NCBI RefSeq assembly: GCF_009914755.1 | Contig: NC_060929.1 | DNA from: the human T2T-CHM13v2.0 reference genome, Homo sapiens | Direction: 5' to 3' (one strand) | Length of the DNA stretch: 64,000 bases | In this document: positions 51,091 through 64,000 of the stretch, piece after piece | How the letters are laid out: every line of letters starts with the position of its first letter | Numbering within the stretch: the first letter of the stretch is position 1 | Made by a program: the position numbers and the translations under genes | Notes under the pieces: generated by a model | What the model saw: the letters and a program-made list of their open reading frames with translations, nothing else | Databases searched by the model: none | Told to the model about the DNA's origin: nothing

Positions 51091-51588
51091 TGTGGTAGGC
51101 AGAATAATGGGAAGATGTACATATACTAATTCCGAGAACCTATGAATATGTTACATTACATGGCAAGGGTGAATTCAAGTTGCAGATAGAATTGCTAATC
51201 AGCTGACCTTGAAGTAGGGAGATTATCCTGGGATATCCAGATGGGCCCAATGCAATAAAAAGGTCCTTAAAAGAGGAAAAGAGAAGCAGGAGAGAAGGTT
51301 AGAGTGATTCAGTGGGAAAACAACCTGACCAGCTGTTGCTGGCTTTGAAGATGGAGGAAGAGACTGTGAGCCAAGGAATACAGGCATCCTCTAGAAGCTG
51401 GAAAAGGCAAGAAAACAGATTCTACCCCTGGATCTTCCAGAAAGATACACACCCCTGCTGACACCTTGATTTTAGCTCAGTGAGAACTGTGTTGGATTGC
51501 TTGCCTACAAAACTGTAAGATAACAAATGTGTGTTGTTTTAAGCCACTAAATTTGTGATAATTTGTCACATAATAGAAAACTAACACA
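51091..51588 (+). mobile_element. MLT1D-like solo LTR with 5-bp TSD
   Basis: tgtggtaggcagaataatgg...ctagaagctggaaaaggcaagaaaacagattct...aaactaacaca; TSD gagcc 51086-51090 / 51589-51593. Confidence 0.9.
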
Positions 51589-52793
51589 GAGCCCTTTCCA
51601 AATCGCACATTTATGAGCAAAATGAATTATAGTTCAAAAACCACCGTGTTTGGGGTTGATTTGTTCCTCCGTGATAGACAACTAGAACAATAAAATTAAG
51701 CTCAGGATAATTAATCTTTCCAAGTGACCCAAAAAGTTCAATTCCTTGGCTCTGGTATGACATTTTTCGCTGTGAAAACCTTCATGGTCAAAATGTCACC
51801 AGCCATTCCCCCCCGCAGGCTTCCTGGACATCACTTGTCTCCTTGCCACCCCCTGAATCTGCTCTCCCAGGGGTTTCAAGTGCTCTCTTTGCATCAAACC
51901 CCACGTGGTCATTTCTCTGTCCTCATTCTCAGTGGTGACGTTGTTGACCACCACTTCTCTTTCTTTCTCCAAGAAGAGGTTCTTACACACACCATTATTT
52001 CAATGTCAACACATTAAAATCCAAACATATCATTCTTAAAAATAATGACTACTTAAAAAGATAATAGTACACAATGGCAAAATTAACAACTTTTTAGTAG
52101 GCTGTCAAACATTTTTATGAATGCCTAAGCCTCTTGTTTTAACTTACTTGAAGATGTTTCACAGATTTAATTTTCTATGTTTAAGTATCTTTTTTCAGTG
52201 GAACCATAAATGCCCTTTTAAATTAGTGGCAGTGAAAGTAGTTATCCTGGAAATAATTGTATTGAGCAATGAAGTTTTACAACAAAGCTATTTTAATCAG
52301 CTGAAATAACACTCTTCTCTGGTCATTATATTACTAGAGAAGGAGAGTTACATTTTCAGGCAGGGATAAGATCACTTCAGTTCTTCAAAAGGAACTTTCG
52401 TAGTAAGTCTTCCCACAAAGTCTCCAAAGTAAAGTGATAATTCACTGGAAAATAGGATCATTCTCCTTCATTCCTCCTCATTTGTTGAAGACCACCATTT
52501 CTTGATGTTTTTAAAGATTGATGATTTAAAGAAAGTCCGTTTCTCCTGAGTGAAACCAGTGAGAGATATTTCAAATCTTAGAGAAACTCCCTCTGGCCTA
52601 CCAATCCAAACATAGATTAGGTGCAAGCATGTTTAACTTTAGAATATAATGAACCAAGTAGCCTTTTGACTCAAATCTCTGTGATACTCCCAGAAGTGTA
52701 GCTGTGAGTCAGAAGAGATAGCAGGGAAAATATATCACAAGGTGCTATTTGTTTCTAAAAAGATAAACATAAAATATAAAATGTGTGTTTTAT

Positions 52794-52917
52794 GGTGCTG
52801 TGTGGTATCTACAACATGGTCCCATTTTTGTTTCATGTATATAAGCCTTACGGTAATAAGTCTGGAAGGACATCATCCAGATCATTAGCAGTGGTTATCC
52901 TTCCATATAATAAAGAC
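52794..52917 (+). repeat. 124-bp dispersed direct repeat, copy 2
   Basis: 120/124 identical to 49512-49635; flanks unrelated. Confidence 0.95.
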
Positions 52918-53304
52918 CTTTGCACCAAATATTGAGTGTTTATAAATATTGCTCAAATATGAAGCAAACATGAATGTATTTCCCTGTAAACCAAGTCTCA
53001 ATTGAATTTTTGTGTTCTTATTGCAATTTTACCAAATAAGGAGAATTGATACAGTGTGAATCAAAAATAAAACAAAAAGAGGATTTGAAACTAGGCTTTC
53101 ATTATTAGGAAAGTAAAAAGGACTTCCAAGAACACTTGGGGAAACCTATCAATATACAAAGATAAAAAAGTCACTGGGTGACAGAGTAACTGGTCTGTTT
53201 CCCTACGGGCTGCAGGAGTGAGCTAATAAGGATACAAATTATTCTGTTGGGCTCCAAAAAAAAAAAAAAAAAAGAAAAGAAAACTGTGAAGGTATAAAAT
53301 AACT

Positions 53305-53838
53305 CTACCAGTTAGCATTCTGTAGTAAATGATGGAAAATCCAACTCAAACTTGCCTGGTTAATTAGAGAAATATATTGGTTCATGTAGTTGAAGGCTCA
53401 AGGACTAAGCTTCAGGCATAACTTGATTCAGGGGCTTATGCAATGCTATATGAGGTCAGTTAATCTCCAAGTTTTGATTTTGTCATTCTCTGAGTGTTGG
53501 CTTCATCCTGAGGCTGTCTCCCATTGTGACAGTAGCAGTGTCAAGCCTCATGTCCTTACATCACTGGATTCTGTGGAAATGTGAATGCTCTTCTTACTCA
53601 GGAGCCCAGCCAAGGTCTCCCCATGTCTCCCTGTCTCTGATTGGGTTAGATGCCCATCATCAACCCCATTACTTAACCAGAAGAATGGGATATGCTAATT
53701 GGTTCTCCCAGTTTCTCCCGGACACCGAGGAAACAGTCACACGCATACAAATATGGCAGAACATAGCGGGGTAATTTCCCAAGGGAAATTTAATGTATTA
53801 GAAAGTGTGAATGTTTGTTAGGCAATAGTGTCCACTAC
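53305..53838 (-). mobile_element. Old MLT1K-like LTR
   Basis: aatccaactcaaact...gcttcaggcataacttgattcaggggct...ctctgattgg...gtccactaca. Confidence 0.6.
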
Positions 53839-53869
53839 AATAAACTGGTATTAGATGTTAGTATGAGAC

Positions 53870-54670
53870 TTTTTTTATTGTTACATGATATTTTATAAAT
53901 TTACGGGGTATATGTGCTATTTCATTATAAGCATAGAATGTCAGAATATTTAGGATATCCATTACTTCGAGCATTTATGATTTCTATGTGTTGAGAACAT
54001 TTCAAGACCTCTCTTCTAGCTATTTTGAGATATGCAATACATTGTTGATAACTAGTCACCCTACTCTGCTAACTAACATTAGAAATTATTCCTTCTATCT
54101 AACTGTAGGTTTGTATCCGTTAACCAACCTCTCTTCATCTCCCCTTGCCACACACACACACCCTTCCCAGCCTCTGATAATTATCATTATCTCTCCCTCC
54201 ACAAGATCAAATTTTTTAGCTCCTGCGTGTGAGTGAGAACATGGTATTTGTCTTTCTGTGCCTGGCTTATTTCACTTAACATAGTGACTTCCAGTGCCAT
54301 CCATGTTGCTGCAAATGACAGGATTTTATTCTTATTATGGCAGAATAGTATTCCATAGTATATATAATATATATCATCACATATATATCATATATATATA
54401 TATGTGTGTATCATCACATTTTCTTTATCCATTTGTCCATCCTGGACCCTTAGGCTGATTCCAGATCTTTGCTACTGTGAATTGTGCTACAATAAACATG
54501 GAAGTGCAGGCATCTCTTTCATATACTGATTTTATTTCCTTCAGATAAATACCCAGTAGTGGGATTGCTGGGATCATATGGATAGTTCTATTTTTAGTTA
54601 TTTGAGAAAACCTCATACTGTCTTCCATAATGGCTAAACTAATTTACATTCCAATAGTGCACAAGAGTAG
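53870..54670 (-). mobile_element. L1MA-like 3' end (antisense)
   Basis: ORF 54425-54628 ([12 protein letters not shown]...CTSMFIVAQFTVAKIWNQPK); tatttgtctttctgtgcctggcttatttcacttaacata. Confidence 0.88.
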
Positions 54671-55367
54671 TAAAAGACATTTTGAGTATTGTTTGTATAT
54701 GTGTAAATGAGAAGTAAAGTCATTTAGGTTTATAAGATGGTCTGATATGCAAGTATAAAAAATATTCAGCCCAGCCACTTTGATACCTAATGAGATAATG
54801 ATTTTGTTCTCTTTCATTCTCTGTGTATTTTTTTCAACTTTGTCTCCCACAACATCCATCCATGCAGACTTTGCTGTAGCCTCATCCATTGGCTTATCTG
54901 GATTGCTTACTTCTATATCTTGATCTTCCCAATTCCTAGTGCCTGGAATGTCCCTTCCCCTCTTCATTCTCTAATATCTAAATTCTCCTTTTCCAAAGCC
55001 TGATTCATAGCTACTTTCTCTCTGAAGCAATTTAGAAATAATGACCTTTTCTCCTACATTTTCTCATAATTTTTAGGTTAAAATTTGCAATTTACTACCA
55101 ATTCCCACTCTCTAGATCATGGACGATATTATTTTGATGGTGGAAGTCACGCCAGCTGACCTTAATATGATCCTAAGTTTATTCTCCATAGAGCACTCCT
55201 GGAAGTCCCTATCAATCAATCAATCAAAGTCTGCTCATAAAATGAAACTTACTGGCCGCTTTGCATGAACACTGGATATTACATTCTCATTCTTTTCACT
55301 TATAACCCTAACAGCTTGTATGTTATGAGTATATAAAGCTTTGTCCCTAGAAAATGTTCAATAAATG

Positions 55368-55677
55368 GGCCAGGCATGGTGGCTCACGCCTGTAAGCCCA
55401 GCACTTTGGGAGGCCAAGGCGGGTGGATCACGAGGTCAGGAGCTCAAGAGTAGCCTGGTCAAGATGGTGAATCCCTGTCTCTACTAAAAAAGAAAAATAC
55501 AAAAAAATTAGCCGGACATTGTAGTGGGTGCTTATAATCCCAGCTACTCGGGAGGCTGTGGCAGAGAATTGCTTGAACCCACGAGGTGGAGGTTGCAGTG
55601 AGCCAAGATTGTGTCACTGCACTCCAGCATGGGTGACAGAGCGAGACTCCGTCACAAAAAAAAGAAAAGAAAAGAAA
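55368..55677 (+). mobile_element. AluSg/Sx-like with TSD
   Basis: TSD agaaaatgttcaataaatg 55349-55367 / agaaaatgttcagtaaatg 55678-55696. Confidence 0.93.
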
Positions 55678-56441
55678 AGAAAATGTTCAGTAAATGTTTG
55701 GCGGATGGCACTTAATGGAATGGAGTGCAAAATCTAAGGGTAAACTAAATGATGGTGGTAACTGGTACAAAAGGTAATTATGTATTAAGGATATACACTT
55801 CTGTGATGAGCATTTAAAATGTGAGAACTCCAGGTTTCCTTTCCCCAAATATGTTTTCACAAAATGGGAAATAAAATTTTAATGTACATTAAAGCTTTCC
55901 CTGAGGAAATGGTTGGAAACCATTTAAAGCAAAATACTGACATTTAACTATTCTTGATCCTAAGAAATAAAATATTTCAGCAGATTCACTTATTTAGAAA
56001 ACACAATCTGTGGTAGGTGATATATTTGAGGAGAGGAAAAAAAAAATCCATCCTCACAACCAGATCTGGTTGGGGAATTATTTCTGGAATTGTGAACAAT
56101 TATTGTGTATATTTTTAGCCACGGTTTCAGACGGCCTTATAGTGTTGGGAATTATAGCATTTTATAGCCCAGAAGTGATTATATAAAATCATGTTAAATT
56201 GATTATAATAAGAACTACGAAGGCAGTAATGTTTGCTGCTCTGCAGAACACTTTGCCCAGGAGACTCTTTAAAGCTGAATGGAACAGAAAATGCTGGTAG
56301 TCATATTAGACCTGTTCCTCCAGTAAAAGTCCACACTCACTAGCAACCACAACCTGGCAACATTTTCTTTGAATCTCACATCTCATCTACTACTGAACAT
56401 CAAAACAGCCGGTTACAGCCTTGTAAAACAGGACAGATTAG

Positions 56442-57255
<814 letters not shown>

Positions 57256-57397
57256 TAAAACTTCCAAGTTTTAAGCAGTTTTTAATATCAAATAATTAGT
57301 TCCTTGTCATTTTTCTACATTTATTATTAAGAAACTTCTAAGCAGGACATTTATCATGGTTTTCCTACACAAATGGCATTTCAGTGTATCCATGTAG

Positions 57398-57681
<284 letters not shown>

Positions 57682-57899
57682 TTACAGAAGAATCTCAACT
57701 AATAAAGGCAGAAGAAATGGTAACAGAACCCCCAACGAAACAATAAATCTAGTCAATGAAACATCAATGGGTACTAATACCACTAGGTGAAATGTTCATG
57801 GGGAACTTTATAATGGATAGATCAGGTTGATAATACCTGAACATATTGATCAATCTTAGCATTATTAAAAGTATGTCAAGCAAACTGTATGTGATAAAC

Positions 57900-58420
57900 T
57901 GGTAAATGTTTTATCTATTGCTGCATAATAAATTACTCCAAAACTGAGTGGTTTGAAACAACAGTAAACATTTATCGACACCCACAATTTCTCTGTATTA
58001 GGAATTCTGGAGCAGTTTAGCTGGTGGTTCTAGCTCAAGGAATCTCATGAGGTTGCAGTTTAGGTGTCAGCTAAGGTTATTGTCATCTGAGGGCTTTGAC
58101 TAGGGTTGCAGGATCCATTTCCAAGATGGCTCACCCATATGGCTGTCAGCAGGGGGCCTCAACCCCGTGACCTTCTCCATAAGGCTGCTTGAGTTTGCAG
58201 CTGTCTTGATTGGCTTCCCCCAGATTGAGTGATCCAACAGGGAGAGAGGAAGAAGTCACATGTCTTTTATGACTTGGCCTCCTAAGTCCCATGTCATTAT
58301 TTCTGCTATGTCCTATTGGTTCACAAGTCATTCCTCCTAGTCATTGTGGTAAGGGACTACACAAGGACATGAATATGAGAAAGTGAAGATTACTGGGGCC
58401 ATCTTGGAGGCTGGCTACCG
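57900..58420 (-). mobile_element. MLT1 LTR inserted in an L1MC-like 3' region (about 57685-59070)
   Basis: tctattgctgcataataaattactccaaaac...tctcatgaggttgcag...ggggccatcttggaggctggctacc. Confidence 0.75.
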
Positions 58421-60649
58421 CAAATAGGAAGTAATCCTGTGAAGTATTCTTGCCCTGTCCTCTGTAAAACAATTCCAGGATCTAATCCAGCCTGTAGGTC
58501 TAACTACCCATTAGTTATAGCAAATGGAAGGCAAGAGGAATGGATAGAGGAACAAATTAAACAACACCACAGGGAAGCAACCAGTCTCTTCCATGATGTG
58601 GGACTATTTAAAGAGCAAGATCTGATTTCCTCAGCCAATAAATGATACAGGGGTAGGGGAAGGTGGGGAACAGTTACAGAGTGAAAGAGATTTAAGAGAT
58701 GTAACAACCAAATGATAATGATTCAAACAAACCAATTGGAAAATACTTCTTCTGTACAGTTGTGAAAATGTCAAGGACTGGATATTAGCTTATATTAAGA
58801 AATTGTTAGGCATGTTCAGGAGGATAATGGCATTGTGGGTGGGTGTGTTTAATATCCTTATTTCTTATATGCTGAAGTATTTACAGCTGAAATGCTGTGA
58901 TGTCTGAGATTTCTTTTAAAATAATTCAACAAAAATAACAAATAGTTGGGAATAGATGATACGAGACTGACAAAAATTTAAAAATTGTCATCGCTGACTG
59001 ACAGGGTAAAGGGAGTTCATTTTACCACTCTTTCCAGTTCTGAATATGTTTTTAAAATCTCCACAATGTTAAGCCATAGAAAGTTTGGGGTTAGTCACAG
59101 CAGTTAGCATTACGCAGAGGTACCTAGAGGAACTGCAAGGTGGTTAGCTGTGTTTGGGGATGAGGCAGGTCTGCAGCTGTGGTTCTACGCTTTCATGAAC
59201 TTAGAGTCTGTGGCAGGAGAGAAGATGAACTGCGATGCAAGGGAATGATGGGGGAGGTAAGGCGGTCAAGTGGGAGTAAATTGCAAAAGTCTGCACAAAT
59301 TGGTGATAGTGGTCTCTTCTGGGGAAGTGGCAGCAAAACTAGAAAGGAAGGAAAAATCCTAAACTGGTGTTTGGCCACAGCCTACAATAATCTGCAGTTG
59401 CTTCTTGTCAGATCCCCACTATTTCCTGTGTAACTTCCCTTCCTGGAGCAACACTTTATTTTTGCCTTTTAGTAAATCTGTTACTGTTCCAACTCCAATT
59501 TCCTTAACTTCATAAAAGTTTTCTGTTCTGTTTAGAGTTTAAGGTTTGTTTGTGACGGTGCTGAAGAGGCCAGGGCAGGGAAAGAGGATAAAAGTTGTTT
59601 TTGCTGTTCCTTTTAATCTATCTTTGCCATAGGAATATTTCGACAGTCTTTTAAAGCATATGATACATGCTGGGAAAGTTGGAGAAAGTTACCGTATAAA
59701 TATGAAGTGATAAGTATCATGAGGATAGAGCAGGGATTACAAAAGAAGACAAAGAAAGGCTTTGATTTTTATAACTATTTTAAATCCTCCCATTGTAAAA
59801 GTACGTGTATTTGAGTTGAACAAAAGGACTCAGAGCCAACTTTAGAAGGTTGTTTAAAATGTTTATATCTTCTCAGGCTTTCCTGGATGGAAACATTAGC
59901 AATTAAAAGGCTCCAAATTATTCATGGAGAAGAATAAAGTATTGTCTAAGGGATTGGAAAGCCTCAGAAGAAATCATCACAGAAATTGTTTTATCAAATT
60001 CTTGCTACTAAAAGATTGTATTTTATCCCAAAATAGAATGGAGTTTCCTAGCTATTCATGGCTCAGAAAAAACAAATCATCTTGTTGGTCAGCCTCAGAT
60101 ATAATTTGTCATTAAATATGGGAGTGAAGGAAGAGGAAATGTTATCAAGTTTCAGTGTCCACAACTGAAATAAAGTTAATTACATGACTGTTCAGAACAT
60201 ATAAAAATACCTTACTGTATATATAATGCTTTGGTTTGGGAAATTTGTTTTAATTTCTTTCTATACCTTCTACGACAAGGATGTCACAATGATTTCAAAT
60301 AAAGAAGTTAAAAATATGAACCCCTATGGAAATCAAAGCACAAGTTGTAAAATTCAAAATTATGTCAAACTGATCACTTGGGGCTATATAGAACCATAAA
60401 ACCCGATTTAATTATACCAGGGTGCTCAATAAAGAACAGTTTTTTTTAAAGAACCTGTATTTTCTTACCAAAGGCCCCTGTTTCCTTACCCCACAGTGAG
60501 CTAGATTATGTGTGGCCATATCTACCACACATATTATGTGTGGCTAGATTATGTGACACCACATTATGTGGTGTCTCTATCTGTGCTCTCTCTGGGCTGA
60601 AGGGTGGAGGTGCCCAAAAAAACAAGTATTACTGCTGCTTTCTAACTTC

Positions 60650-61137
<488 letters not shown>

Positions 61138-61709
61138 AACACACAAGAATGTTTCAGATTCCAATAGTCACCTTTCACTTCAAATCTTACCTATCTGATG
61201 TTTCCATCTGGTTATCTGAAATGTTTCCTTCTTGGCTCCATGCCCTCCAGCCCTGAGGTAGTTGCTACCACTACACCTGGCCTAGGCTTTCAGGATAATT
61301 AATCCTGGCTCAAATCCTAGAACCTAAGGTTGTAAGCCCCTTGAGGGCAGGGAACAAGTTGAAAGAATGTCTACATCCATTTCAGGACCTGCCACATAGC
61401 AGAGACTCAAGTACTTTTTGAAGAATTAATAAATGATAGATAAGAACATGGCCTTTGATATCAAACTGAGCTAAGTACAAAACCTGACTCTTCCACTTAC
61501 TAGCTGCATAACCTTGAATAAATTACTTAATTTCACTGAACTTCACTAAAATGGGAATCATAATCCTATCTCAATGAATTCTACTGAGGATTAAAGAAAA
61601 CTGAATGTACCTAGCATTATGTACATATTTCATTCTAAGGGGTCTGGGTTTTTTCATGTATTAATAAAATAGTACTATGTTTTTCCATTTTTAACTGTTG
61701 TTTCCTTCC

Positions 61710-62068
61710 TGTCTTAGTTTACTTAGGCTGCCATAACAAAATACCGTAGACTGCCAAAATTTTTACCTTGGACTTTCCAGCCTCCAGAATTGGGAGAAAA
61801 TTAATTTGCTTAAGTCACGCAGAGTTCAGTTTCTAGCTAGGGCTCTCTTCCTGGCTTGCAGTCAGCCTTCTTGCCTTCTCCTCACATGGCAGACAGAGAG
61901 AGAGAGCTCTTTTCCTCCTCTTATAAAGACACCAAACCATTAGGATTAGGGCTCCATCTTCATGAACTTACCTACTCATAACTACCTCCTGAAGGCTCTG
62001 TATCCAAATACAGTCACACTGGGGCTTCAACATTTGAATTTTGAGGAGACACAATTCAGTCTGTAGCA
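61710..62068 (-). mobile_element. MLT1A/B-like solo LTR containing an internal 64-bp inversion
   Basis: tgtcttagttt...ggctgccataacaaaatacc...tccaaatacagtcacactgggg...gacacaattcagtctgtagca; cttcc / tctcc flanks. Confidence 0.85.
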
Positions 62069-62439
62069 TCTCCAATACATAGCATTGCAGTGTTAACAAT
62101 TGTAACAAAAAACTTCTATGTTAGACAGATTTACATTCCTTATAGCAATGCTATTATTTCTTTGGCCCTATAATGTCCTGATATTCCCTTTATTTAAGTT
62201 TTTCGGTTTCCTCAGCATTCTTTACCCATCTTAATATGGAGTCTATTTGGGTCTCTCCTCTAATAATTATTACCATTTTTTTTCTAGAAAACTGTTTATT
62301 CTTCTAGAAAACTGTTTTTTCTAGAAAATTGTTTTTATGCTTCTTAAAATCCTTAAACCTTTGATTAAGTCAATAAACTGCCAGAAATGCAAGCGATACT
62401 TATAAGCATTTTTTTTACAGTGCATCAAGATAAAAATAG

Positions 62440-62821
<382 letters not shown>

Positions 62822-62948
62822 AACTTACTTTCAAAAGGATTATGCAATCTAGCATCCTCTCCTTTACTTTCTGAATTCATTTCTGACTTTCCTTCTGCTT
62901 CCTTATTCCAGTGCAAAACTGCATAATTCTTTAGAAAGAGCCATTACC

Positions 62949-63255
<307 letters not shown>

Positions 63256-63260
63256 TTACC

Positions 63261-63568
<308 letters not shown>

Positions 63569-64000
63569 CTATTTTCAGTCCATGACTAACAACAATTATG
63601 AAGAATATGAACAGCCTTTCCCCCTAGTCCTTAGATGCTAATGTATTTTTTGACTGCTATGATCATTTGAAAACCATGCCCAGTTGAACTCTTAAATATT
63701 TCCAAGAACCTTATATAGACAAAGCATTTAACTCAGAGAAGCACTTAATTAAAGGTGTTTATTATTCAATAAATATCTAGCTCGTGCATTGTGTTTGGCA
63801 AGAATAGAAAGATGAGAAAAATACAGATTCTTCCCTCTGGGTGCTGGTTGGCTAGTGGGAAAGATATACATATGAACAAAAATAAAATATTCCTTCCTCA
63901 TGAATGTATCTGTAAGATACAAATGACTGGCGGTATTTCAAATATACTTGGACTGGGGATATAAATTCACATTGGTGGCAGGAAAACTCAATAGTATTGT

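Noticed and set aside
53256-53283. Orphan poly(A) runs here and at 36926-36944 as processed-pseudogene tails
   Set aside because: No TSD and no upstream mRNA-like or coding sequence that I can identify.

Overview
Primate (human-like) non-coding genomic DNA, AT-rich and very repeat-dense, either intronic or intergenic. It contains about 40 Alu/FLAM copies, two young 5'-truncated L1PA insertions (one with a textbook twin-priming inversion), older L1M/L2/MIR fragments, several MaLR/ERV LTRs (MST, THE1, MLT1, MER41A) and microsatellites. I recognise no host protein-coding exon, RNA gene, CpG island or prokaryotic feature; the only real protein homology in the ORF track is broken L1 ORF2p. I found no evidence of a new multi-gene biological system. 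The most interesting signals are structural: a 124-bp near-identical dispersed copy 3.3 kb from its apparent donor; a ~70-bp polyadenylated, TSD-flanked retrocopy of a MER41 LTR 3' end; two different Alus sharing a triplicated target site; a 64-bp micro-inversion inside an MLT1 LTR bounded by inverted microhomology; several hairpin/direct-repeat scars resembling templated end-joining; and a cryptic two-LTR MLT1 provirus. Repeat family and subfamily names come from recalled consensus sequences, not a database search, and boundaries of old elements are approximate.
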